Below are positions 39,933 through 51,573 of a stretch of 64,000 bases of DNA, one piece after another. The position numbers and the translations under genes were made by a program. This DNA is from Lobosporangium transversale (Eukaryota). The notes under the pieces were generated by a model that ran no database searches, was not told where the DNA came from, and worked only from the letters and a program-made list of their open reading frames with translations. How positions within the stretch are numbered: position 1 is the first letter of the stretch; the number at the start of each line of letters is the position of its first letter. The DNA is taken from assembly GCF_002105155.1 (NCBI RefSeq), contig NW_019028998.1, positions 310,001 through 374,000 on the forward strand. Direction: 5' to 3'.

Positions 39933-40882
39933 TGCTGATGAACGTATGATTCACTCATACAACGCCCGAAGAAAGTGTTAGTTACAATCTTATGTGGCTT
40001 ACAATTATTTGCCACCAATCTTCCACATTCGTCAAAATAACACCTACAAATCCTGAAGACTCATTCACAGGAAGTGTCTGAATCCTTTTAAATGTGATAG
40101 ACTATTTGTACCTGACGGCTGTCTACACTTTGTGCTTCATATGAAATAGAGTATTGTGACGAACTGAATACAGCTTTATTAAAAGTAGCATATGGACAAT
40201 GTTTATAACATTTGCATAGTCCACATTCCCTTCAGCGGTGATGAAATGCTATAGCATCCTTCATACTATTCACTACTCACAGTAGTCGTTTTTTAACGTA
40301 GGCTACATGTTTGTACTTTAATTACTATCCATTTTACAATTCCAAAACTTGGATTTGGCTATCAAATATCTTGTCTAGAACGAGAAGGGAGTCCCGGTTC
40401 TAGGCTTGAATATCAAGGGAGCAGGCGATATCACGCGTATGCAAGCAATAATCAGTACCGAAAGACAGGTGCAAGAGCAGTTCAATACCATCACATTATC
40501 ACTCTCACGTTTCCACTTTGAAAGCGTAATTGATTCGCGTTGCTATGTATTTATATATGAGTTCAGCATACGCATGGTCACATCTCTTACAATCCAAGTA
40601 TTAGGGAGGACCTTGCATTTCTCGAGCATTGGAGAGTTGATATTATTATTTAAGGAGGTAGACTAGTTCTAAACGTTCCTTCAATGATGTGAAAGCTATG
40701 ACATCCTTGCTTAAACAGGGAGCACCACCTCGTTGCTATATTCGCGGTTTCAATGCAGAGTGTGAACCAAATATTAAACAATAGCATAAATATTCATGAA
40801 TTCCGAGCAAAAGAAACCAACGCCCAGAACGATGACACTAAAGTGTTGATAATTGATTCCACTGTTCATTATACTTCATCTA

Positions 40883-43800
40883 CTATTGGTGATGTTGTTG
40901 CAGCTTCTTTGCGAGAGATACAAGCGATGAAAAGTTCGGTCCATTAGGGTTGCTAATAACGTTGAAAAAGCATGGACAATCCCCAAAGCTTGTTAAATTA
41001 TATGCTGACAAAGTAGAAAAGAAAAAAAAAAGTTCGTAGAAACGTAGTTGCATCTTACCAGATGGCTCTAAATGCACCGTTGGGCTTGTTAAGCAATACT
41101 AAAGGAGAATCTATTTTGAAAAATTGCGCAATATAACGCGGGTATAAATTAATTCTTTTCTTGACAATACAGCCGCCTTCATTGGCACAAGTAGATAAAT
41201 CCTGCGGCTTTCGCTTACCAAACTCTGCAACTCTGCCATGTTCCAACATTAGAATCCTGTTGTGCCGAGCCACAATCTGGTCCAACCGGTGTCCAATTGA
41301 AAGGATTGTTGCATGTTTGAGTTCCTGAAAGATGATCTGATCCAACCTCTGTGCCGTCAAGTCCGTAACTTTAGACGCTGCATTGTCTAGAATCACCACA
41401 TTGGGTCGTCGGACCAGGATACGTGCAAGGCTGAGTAGCTGCCGTTCATTAGTGTCTAGCTCTACTCTGGAATCATCCTCCTCATCCTCTGAGTCATTTC
41501 CATAGACTTGGGATGTTCCTTCAGGCCCCTCGTCTAGGAGGCGTTGATTTACCTCAGAGATATCACCTCCTGTCATAGCAGCCTGTATGGTGGAACCTGA
41601 TGTCATTCCAACAGTGGCTGGTGCGGAAGCTATATCTCTAACGTTCTGTTTCTTTCCCTTGCCTTTGTTTTTGCCTCTATCGTATCCAGGTTTAATCTGA
41701 TTCTTTTTGAAAAGCTGTCTTTTGTATTTTGCAATCCTAGACGAGGATTTCGAGGTGTTCACTGTAGTCAACTCAGTAGATCCAAAAACAACGGAGGATA
41801 TATTTGCTGATGCTGGCGTGACGAGTTCTGTGTCCAATTTGAGTCGATCGCTTAGGAAGCATGTCTTGAGAATATCGTTCAATTCTGCATCCTCATGCTC
41901 ACCATATGGATCCAGATTAAAACGTACGGTGCCAGCAAATACAGTTCCGCGTTGAGACAAATATGCAATACGGGATCTCAAGTCGGCGAGACCCATTTGT
42001 GTAATGTCCAAGCCATCTACCTTGATCATACCCAAATCCGGGTACGGCTCTTGAAATGCCTTGGCCTTGCTCCGAGTGAAAATTTTCAAGGGCGACCTTT
42101 TTGCAGCTGACGAAGTTGACAGATTAACTACATTTGTTGTATTTGCTGAACTTGCGGCAGTAATTTTGGTAGTAATAGCGGGAAGATTTGCCATCTTAAC
42201 AGCATGCGCAGCGCGAACGCGATCCTCTTCAGCTGTGTCCCAGATGCGGAACAGACTCTGAACAAAAGTGCTCTTGCCGCTCTTTGACAGACCGCAAACC
42301 GCAATCTTCTCGCCTGGTTGAATTATGCAAGTGACTGGTCCGAATCCGTTTCGAGTTCTTGCAACAGCTTGAAGGGAAGATCCCACATTGTCAACATCCT
42401 TCAGCGCCGCTCCTATTGCTGCCTCTGACGACGGTCCGACTGTTGTTAGCGCAGATGGTGGAAGCGGCGGTAATGGCGCATCGTATCTATCGGCCATATC
42501 GTCGTGCGATTCTATTGGATTTAGCGCCTCAAGTTGGTCTAATGGAGCCCCTGTATCGGGTACAGCTGAAGATTTACTACGTATAATTGGAGCCGTAATG
42601 GATCCTGTATTGGGATCCGTAGACAAAAATGTCGCAGATGGTGTAAATGGAATTAAGGTAGTGATTGAATTCTCAGAGACTAGGGGGTATGTGTGTTGAT
42701 TTTCTACAACCGTGTTGTTGGTAGCTACACTAGTCATACTGGCGGCACTAATGTGACTAGTATTAGAGGCGACAGTATTAACATCAGAGACGCCGGTGTT
42801 GGTGCGAACATTGCCTCTATCTCTTTGTGTAGATAATGGGAGGTCATTTGGTGTAGAGGTAGATATCTGGGGTTGGTTAATATGTTGGTGTTGGTGTGGA
42901 TGTTGTGGCTGGTTGCTAGGGTACTGGATCTGATCCAGGTGCTGATTTGGATACTGGCTCTGGCTCGAATAAGGAGATGGACTTTGATATGGCCTTTGGC
43001 TCGCATTATGTGTTTGGCCCGGGTATTGATTTATATATTGATTTGCATGCGATGACTGACTTTGGGCTGAGTGAGGCTCACCATTGAAGGCTCGCGATCG
43101 AACCTCAACAGCTTCACTTTGATTTACCGATGCTGATGTTGATGTTTCTGCAATTACTGCTGCTGCTGGGATGGAAGAAGGCACTACGGACATCTTGCCG
43201 ATGGCTTCGACGGTTGAAGCAAGCTTTGCAGCCTTGGAACGATTACAAGAGTAATTGATATATTCGATTGCTCCGCTATGTGGCCAATTGGCTGGAGGCC
43301 TTTTGCCAACTATTACACTAGGCGGCTCTTTGTTATCCTTGTTCTCCAGCTCATAGATGTAGCGCCTGGTTCTCTCAAGTGCCCACTGAAGCCGATTCCT
43401 GATTCTTCCATAACCAAGTAATGAATCCAGTACTTTATCATTAAAATGCAACGACAGATACAATGAGAATCCAACTAGCACAGGACTCAAGTCTTCGATC
43501 CTCTGCAAGACCATAATGGCGCATGAGAATGGGATGAATGCGCTCAACAAATCAATCTTCCAATGCAACCAGCGATCTGCGCAAGCTCCAAAGTACGATG
43601 TTTTCAAATAAACCTCAGATTGAGCAATCCCAGCCTTGATTGCACGCCGTTCAAGCCCATAGCCACGGATAGTGGCCAATCCTCTGAAGGTATGCTTGAA
43701 TTGATCTTTATTCATGCGGTCTGCTCGAATTGACATCCTGTGCATTTCCTTCGACAGACCAAGACCTAAGAGTGCAACTGAGCCCAGCATAAACAAGATA

Positions 43801-46800
43801 ATGGTAGCAGGGACAATGATGAATGGTTGGATCCAGATAAGAACCGTAAGGATTAAAATAACCGCCAAAGAATCAGCTGAAAATTGCCAAAATTCTTTGG
43901 CCAATTTTACATCTAATCCGCTTAGATCTCGTTGAAAGCATTCTCTGAGGCCGTTAATAGTCCCTTTTGAGAACAGACCACCTGCATCTCCGGGCGAAGA
44001 CAAGGCTGCTTTCTCCATATTGGCCTCGAAAACGATTAGACGTGCAGCGGCAATACTCTGCAAAAGTCGAGAATAAATTCTATCCAGACCAGTGTTGGCT
44101 CCTGATCGTAACAAAAACGCGTTTGCAATAACAAATAGTGCGCGAACGATCGCCATAACCGCAAAGATCACAATGTAGTCGCAATGTGAGATATTCACCT
44201 TGGAAGGCGAATTTCCGCCTTCTGGAGACGCAATGGAGTATTGACTGTGATCAATTGTGGTTTTTAACAGTACTCCACCATCCCATGCTTCGTTTTCAGC
44301 CCACACTCCTAGCCATCCGATCCTGACAACAAAGAGCGCTTGGCTCAGAAATAAAGCCATAAAAGCACTCAACAAGAAAATAATCGAACCCAGCGAAAAG
44401 ATATATGTGGTAAAAGTAGCCCAGCCGACTTTAAATCCGGCAGCAGTCTCTCGACTCAGTGTAGAATCGAGATCGTCAACATCACTCAAACTACTCATTT
44501 TGTTAAGTGGTAAATTCGTGTTTTTTGAAGACCGCAGATCTTGTGTTAGCGTGCTGAAGGGTCCCGCGTCCGACAATGGTCGCTGCGTTGAAGGAAGTTG
44601 CCCCATATTGGCAGGGACGCTAGCCCCTGGAACAATCGTTGTAGGGATCGATGATGAACCTGGTGCCTGCCTAATCCACCCTTGATTAAGAACTTCTTTG
44701 ACGGTTCCATGGCCCAAGACTATGCCCTGGTCTAGCCCAACGACGTAATCGACGTCATTCAAGTATGTTTTGATGTGGAACTGGTTTGTGACCATTATAC
44801 GAGTTTTGTTTTCCATGAGAGGCCCCAATCTAAGCCATAAGGTCAAAGTCACATTAGGATGACAACTTCTTTTTTGTGTGATTATAAAAATAAAGAAACA
44901 GTAATTCAGGATACTTACAAGCAGTTTTTCCAAATAAAATGGCGACTCTTGACATCCACAAAACTCAAACAATCATCCATGAGAACATGAGATACATCTG
45001 AATAAACCGCACGCGCCAAGGAGATACGTTGCTTTAACGACATAGACCAGATCACGTTCTAAGAGAAGGAGAATAAAATCGAGAGAGCAGCCATGTTCAG
45101 TTGCCAAACTATGAAAATGGAATCGCAGCACATTATAGCCAGGGATATTTTTTTTACCTTATCGCCGATGATGGTCATGTCCCCATTAGGAAGACCCCTC
45201 AGCTCATCTTCAAGCACGCAAGCATTGAGAACCCGCGTATAATGCTCCTCATCCATCGGCTTCCCGAAGAGGATAGTGTCCCTAATAGTACTACGACCAG
45301 TACAGCTTCCAGTGATGCTTCCACCCCCACCAATCTCGAGCCAAGGATCCTGCGCGACATATGCAACATCGCTACCGTACCCCTGCTTTCCATGATAGTA
45401 ATCTTTCCGTGGCAAGTAAATCTTGCCGGAAACGCGTGTCATTTCTCCAATCAAAGCCAGCAAAAGCGCTGACTTGCCGGACTTCCTCGTCCCAGTGACC
45501 ATTGATACCTGTCCAGGTGGAAATGAGATTGTAAGATCTTTGAGCACAAAATCACGTGCAGAAGCATCCGCAGTGCTCAAAATATTGGCATACTTTTGAT
45601 AAAGGTTCGATTGATGGTATGGTGCTGGCGGTTGAGGAAGGGTGTATCCGAATAGGGATAGAGTGCGAATGATCCAATTAGTGTTTGCACGGTTAGTCTT
45701 CCTCTGAGAATCTCCACGGGCCTGTCTATTGCTTTCGTCATTTCCTTCATCTTCAGGTTCCTCGACAAAGAGAGGCTCATTATTGTGTCTAGCTGATTTA
45801 GCTACAGGCCAGACAAACGATGCATTCACAAATCCAATGATGGGAATATTAGCCCTTCGGGCCATCTCCCTGTCTCTGATAATGGCGGTGTCGCGATCAT
45901 TCTCTTCGTCACTCAAAAAGTCATTCACTCGGACCACTGAGTCCAGCATCTCCTTAATAATGATAATTGCAGAGGGCAATGACTATTTCATGAGAGCAAA
46001 TATGACAAATCTTTAAATTTATGTCTGGAGTATCGAGCTTCAAATGCCATGTCCAAATACTTACATTGATTGCCTGTGTTTGAATATCAACCAAAATTAG
46101 AATTGAAAACAAGATGGCTGGCGTCAGGAGTTGTTTAAACCAAAGTGAAAATACGGTCAAAATAACAGTTATGACGAATGCGTGGACAAGATCTCCGCCC
46201 AGAGGTACAGAGATCAGAGCCAGAACTGGTTGAGCTGTCTTCGACTTTAGCTTTCGCTCCTCTTCGCGGGCTTTTTGGATTTTGGAAAGTAAGATCTTCT
46301 CCCATGACAAAAACTTGATTGCTCTCAAATTTGCCAGAAACTAGATGAAAAACGATATCGCACATCAGTAAACAAGCTGCAAAATCCCTCAGTTCTGCAA
46401 AAAAGAAAAAAAAGAAAAAAAAAAAAAAAAAAAAAAAAAAAAGCCGCTGCCTTCGGATCCAAGCATTACTTACATCAGACACAAGGGCATTGCTTCGTTC
46501 CATTTTCGGAGGTACCGCGTCGAATCGTCCGGAGAAGAGGAAGCTTGCAATGGCCGAAATGGGGTACCACGCGACAACAGCCATCCCTCCAGCCCAGGCA
46601 GAGTGACCAATATAACCATATAGCTGTATAGTTGCCAAAACAAACATCGTTGGATAAATCATCACATAGAAGACTTGTTTCCAGCCATTTCCGATGTGTT
46701 TGACATCTACAGCAAGAAGATCTAACATAGAAAATTCGCTATTAGCTCCCTGATACTGGAATCGCCATTAACTGAGCTGGTTTGTCTACTTCATAATCGT

Positions 46801-48606
46801 ACCTGTAATGTCATAGTCGGCTGGATCCATATCTTTACGCAAGGACACCTTTTCATAGATCAGTCCACTGGCCATTCCCATCGCCTTCGTTGCGACTCGC
46901 TGCCCCATATGAAGACCCCGGTGTAAAACTAGTTTTTATTGTTAAGAAATATTGTTCGAGGTCAGAGGACTGTTATAACTCGTGTCGCTTAATTTTCAAA
47001 GTATGGTAGCTGAGTTAAAAAAGACTTGCCTGCTGAGCGCGCAATAATGGAGGTCAAGAGAGCTGCGACATAGAACATGGCTTCGTTACGGTTGTACGAT
47101 GATACATCTTCTGAAAACCCAAGAATCTTGAAGACTACAAAGGGTGGCACCATACCCAATCCCGCCCATGCGAGTGCCCAAAGGTACTGCTGAATCAGCT
47201 CAAGGCGAAATATATGGAGCATTGTATAGAACACCGTTGGTTTCCTTTATATTGTATATTAAAAAGAGCGATATAGAGGACATGAGCGATCTTCAGACCT
47301 TCTAAAATTATAGCGCTACTACTTGTGACTGCTTAATCTTGTATTTACCTGCATTCGAGATACTCCTGAAAATTAGTCTTGATTCTCAAGTCCCTATCAA
47401 TGGCCCAGACGTCGGATTCCTGCAGCTTCCCCATGACAGACTTGATTACCATCGGGTGCAACCAGGTGAATGCGATCCTTGCATAGAGCGATGAGCGAGT
47501 CTCTGGGTTGATTACCTACAATGAATTAAAGATTCCTGTGTGTGTGAGTAACGAGCTTCAGTTCGTCCTCATGTCCTTGCACAGCCGTACAGCTCTCGCT
47601 CAAAAACATATGCAAATCTTACTCCTCGTGATCGTTTCTCTGGTCCTTTCTTTGGTTGAGGCGGAACTAAAGGCTTTGTAGCCAAAGTGACGATGAGTAA
47701 AAGTCCAGAAATCACGGAAGAAAGACCAGATATCTGATCATCTAATGTCCAGAGGCCGATAGGTCGTCCAAAATTGTAAATCATGAAATGTGCTAGCCCT
47801 CCTCCTGCTGTTGTAAGATAGATGAGGTCCATATGTGTAGGCAATCTGTAAGGGTTGGATAGACGAGGGTGAAGAAGCGATACAATCGAAAGAATTAAGG
47901 TGTATACCTAGAAAACACCTCAGCGTATAGTCAGAAACTTGCATTGACAAGAATATTTCCTATTTGCCAGCACGATTTATTCAGTTTCTTACCCAGAGAA
48001 TCCCATGCATGACTGGAAGCCACAATGGCCACTCTTCGTTGATCTGTGTCCCCAGTATGGCAAGCCGCGGAGTGTCCATATGTGGTATTCCTGATCCTGG
48101 TCCATTTCTTTTCATATCATTCAACTTCTCAGTTGCAAGATATACAAAAAGAACAATCTGGACGAGCGCTCCCAGGCATCGTAGGAGAGATAAGAAAAAA
48201 GTGCGCTTCGGCTTGATGAGCCTGTTTTCGTTAGCAGCTTCCATCTCTAAATCGGCCTGACTCTCGCCTTGGACAACAACCTCGCTCGAGAAACGGTTAA
48301 AATGTCGTCTGCGATCCTGACGACCACACTCTGCTGATATGAAGGCCAGAGACGAGAAGATGATAATACACGTCGGAACCAATTGCAAAAGACTAGTTGT
48401 TTGAATATAATAGAAACATTTAGAAAGCTCAAATATATGTATGTTCAAAATCGACAAGAATCCACGACCAGAACCAGAAACATGGGCACAACCCGATTTA
48501 TTTAGATTCAGAGTATGTATAAGGGATAAAAATCTCACATTATCTGAACTACTCACCTGTCTGAGAGACACATCTTCACATCGGGGGTACATCTCCATGA
48601 CCCCAT
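40883..48606 (-). CDS. Full-length ABCC (MRP/YBT1/YCF1-like) transporter with TMD0; both NBDs strongly degenerate; multi-exon
   Basis: Starts MGSWRCTPDVKMCLSDSLLQLVP. Also PETRSSLYARIAFTW, MRAIKFLSWE, NBD1 GTRKSGKS/VAYVAQDPW/KQRISLARAVY, RGLATIRGYG, PPANWPHSGAIEY and NBD2 GLSKSGKS/GTVRFNLDP/IGHRL. Last exon CNPNGPNFSSLVSLAKKLQQHHQ*. Confidence 0.9.
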
Positions 48607-49177
48607 TGATGACTTGATGGTTTAATGAACTAAAAAAAATATTGCTGCTGTTGTTTTTGAGGAATGCTCAGCCCATCAAAAGAAAAGGGTCGTAGAGCAC
48701 TGTTAGAATGCTTCTGTCTTTGTCTCTCCGCTTGTTTCAGTGTTTCGCTAATTGATTGGATTCTGAAGATGCTGTCAGATGTTCCGTCGTCCAGAAGAGC
48801 GAGGGAAGAGAAGAGGCTGAAGTGCGGTGGTAAGTAACTTTTTATTTTTGTTTGTTTTGAGAGCCAATGTTTGTTGCGTCGTATGCCGCTGACCACGAAA
48901 TGGCCAAAAGGGGTGCAGCTCGGCCCATTCATCGGTCCCGCTGCACTGGGCTTCGTACTACTTCTAATGAAAAAAAGTACTGTGCCTGTAACGAAATAAG
49001 CTTTTTTCTAAAAATTAATTGTTCCAAGGTCAACCCCACTACTTTTCCTAAAAAAAAGACGAAACGATCACTTTGAAGCATGTCTCCACAAGAAAAGGTC
49101 GTCTGTAATATACTATTGCCCTTTTATTAAAATGTTATAATAAGTAACACATGAGAGAGTAGCCATGTCGTTGGTGT

Positions 49178-51311
49178 CTAGCCTTGTAATAGCTTGCAAT
49201 ATCCTTTCCAGTCGTTTATTAATCGCGTCTTATTGGGTTCATCGTAATAAATGCGAGTCATCGGATGTTTCACTAAAGACGGCGTGCCTGGAGACACTTT
49301 CCTTGGAACCGGCTCTGTGACTAGTCCCGTCAAAACTACGTCAATACTCTCCAAGAATACCCTTAAATCTTTCTTGTAGACCTTCCCCAGGCCGAATGTT
49401 TCGACACGACTCCAGGTCTTGATGAAAGACTGTAGATTATTCAGATGCTCGCGTGCTTTTTCTGCTTTGCTTGGAGCTCCATAGAGAGCTGAGAAAACGC
49501 TGTTCCAATACCGTTGAAGAAGTGTGATCGGTTGCTCCAAACGCCTACAATCGTACACAACATCTTCCTGTTTGACGAGGCTCTTATTAAAATCGGTCAC
49601 ATCCTTCCATGTCTCTCCATAGTATGCTTCCAGATGATTAGGCACTGTGACCTCAAGGTATCGCCGCAAGTTTTTAACGATATGGCTAGTAAGTTCGAAT
49701 AATTTGGGATCCATACCATCAGGGATAGCTGTATTTCTGAAATTATTAGCCTTGATCCTCCGCAACTCACGGTCATTGGACTCCAGTCGATACCCTTTGC
49801 GCGGGCGGGAGGACGGGCTGGAGGACAGCTTTAAGTTGGCTCTGACTCCATCGAGTACTTTAGTCTCTCCCACAGGGTCATGATCAACCATCATCTGATC
49901 ATCTTCTTCCATGGCAATAGCCTTGATTTGCAGAATGGCAGTGATTACAGTCTCGGGTTCAAAAGGGACTTTTTCATAGGAAACGGTTATGATTTCATGG
50001 ATCATTGCCTTTACACATAGATTCCTATCGTTCGATATTAGCGCAATCTTAGTGCTTTTCTGATTTGGATACAAATTCCTGAAGTAGCAGCAGCAATCCA
50101 GGATTTTATCATCGTTTTTCTATATCATTGCAATATGTTGTAACATCAATAAGTAAATACAATAAAGATAATCTGTTGCCCATTATCCTTTCCTTAGAGA
50201 ATTATAATCGAGTGCATACCGCTTGTTTATCGAGTTCTTCATGATGCTCGCTGATTTTTTGACCACGCAGTATTCTCAAGTCTTCCGGTTTTTCAAATTC
50301 CTCTTCTAGAAATTTGGTGGCTCTAAGGGCTTTACTCGCCAGATTAACCTCTCCAGATTTACGAAAACCGTCTTTTTTCAATCCATCCAGCTCCTGTACT
50401 ACGATCCACGGTATTACGAAAACGATATATGGCTCCTTCTTTCCGCCGTATATATCAATTATCGATTTGAGAAAGTTGAGGTGGGATATTAAAATATTGG
50501 TATCAAGCACCACAACTGCGTCAGGATCATTGTCATCCTTAAAAGGCGAGTACGCAGGTCCTGAGGCCCATGCACTGACCGAAGCACTTTCGACTGTTGC
50601 GGGCTGTTGACGAAGATTTATGATAGCCGATGCGATGGAGAGAAGCTGCTGTTCATCATCAACATCCATAGCCTCAGCTGTATCATCATGATGCAGATTA
50701 TTTTGTCGGTGGTGCAAACCGTTTTGTTGATGATGCAGCTCCTGAAGTACCTGAGGTGAGCTTTGTTCAGATAGTGAGGGCTGTTGAATGAAGTTTGAAT
50801 GCTGCTGAGTATAAATTTCTTGTCCCGCTTGCGGCGTTCCTGAAGAGGAAGATGCTGGCGAGAGTTGCTGGCGTTGATTGATCCGCTGTTGATGAAGGTG
50901 ATAATGCTGTTGTTGCTGTTGGATTTGGTGCAGCAAGAGCTGTTCTTGGTGCCATTGCCGTTCCTGGAGTCGAAGCCGGTCCTGCTCATGACGCTCGAGG
51001 AGATGCTGCTGTTGTTGTACAAATATCTCCTGCACGTACTGACTCACCTGTTGAAGCATTAGAAGTTCGTGCTCCCGTGTAGGCGTTGGCTCTTGTTGAT
51101 ACTCGTTCTGCAACTGAGCAAAGGCTGCCTGACGCTCCAGGAACTGAGTATGCTGCTGCTGCAATAGCCTTTCCCGTTCCTGGCATTGCTCTATCGTCAT
51201 ACTCTGTCTCTGGAGCTCATGCTCACGTTGCAATGACTGATGCTCCATGGACATGGACGAAGGGTGTCTCTTTGTCTGCGCCAAATGAAGACTGATCCAA
51301 GTCTTTTTCAT
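49178..51311 (-). CDS. SWT1: PIN-domain RNA endonuclease, SWT1-like, with Q/H-rich N-terminus; start codon uncertain
   Basis: VVLDTNILISHL, IPWIVVQELDGLK, LRGQK, NDDKILDCC and LISNDRNLCVKAMIH. Confidence 0.85.
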
Positions 51312-51573
51312 CTCCAGTTGCACTCCAGCCACATTTTTCTATTTCGTCGTTCATTGTCTCATCAACGCACTGTGCCGAAGCAACTTATTTCTCATTAACT
51401 GCATCATTTACTCATTGTATCTATCCAACCAATCCTTTGGTCTAGAAAATCATTTTGTCCTCCTCAAATTCGCCCAATTCTTTCTGCAAAATTCTATTTC
51501 TGCAAAAATTATCCTTGATAGTCTTTCCTGTGATAATATATCTGGCAAATAAAGACACATACATTTGATAGCC

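Noticed and set aside
40380..40760. Possible gene or transposon relic between DPH6 and the ABCC gene
   Set aside because: Only short, stop-ridden frames with no recognisable motif; too weak to call.
40944..40952. TTAGGGTTG telomere-like or telomerase-template motif
   Set aside because: It is a single copy at the ABCC last intron/exon junction and is expected by chance.
40883..41077. Separate 64-aa gene
   Set aside because: Its 3' part is the terminal exon of the ABCC gene (TG|C NPNGPNF...).
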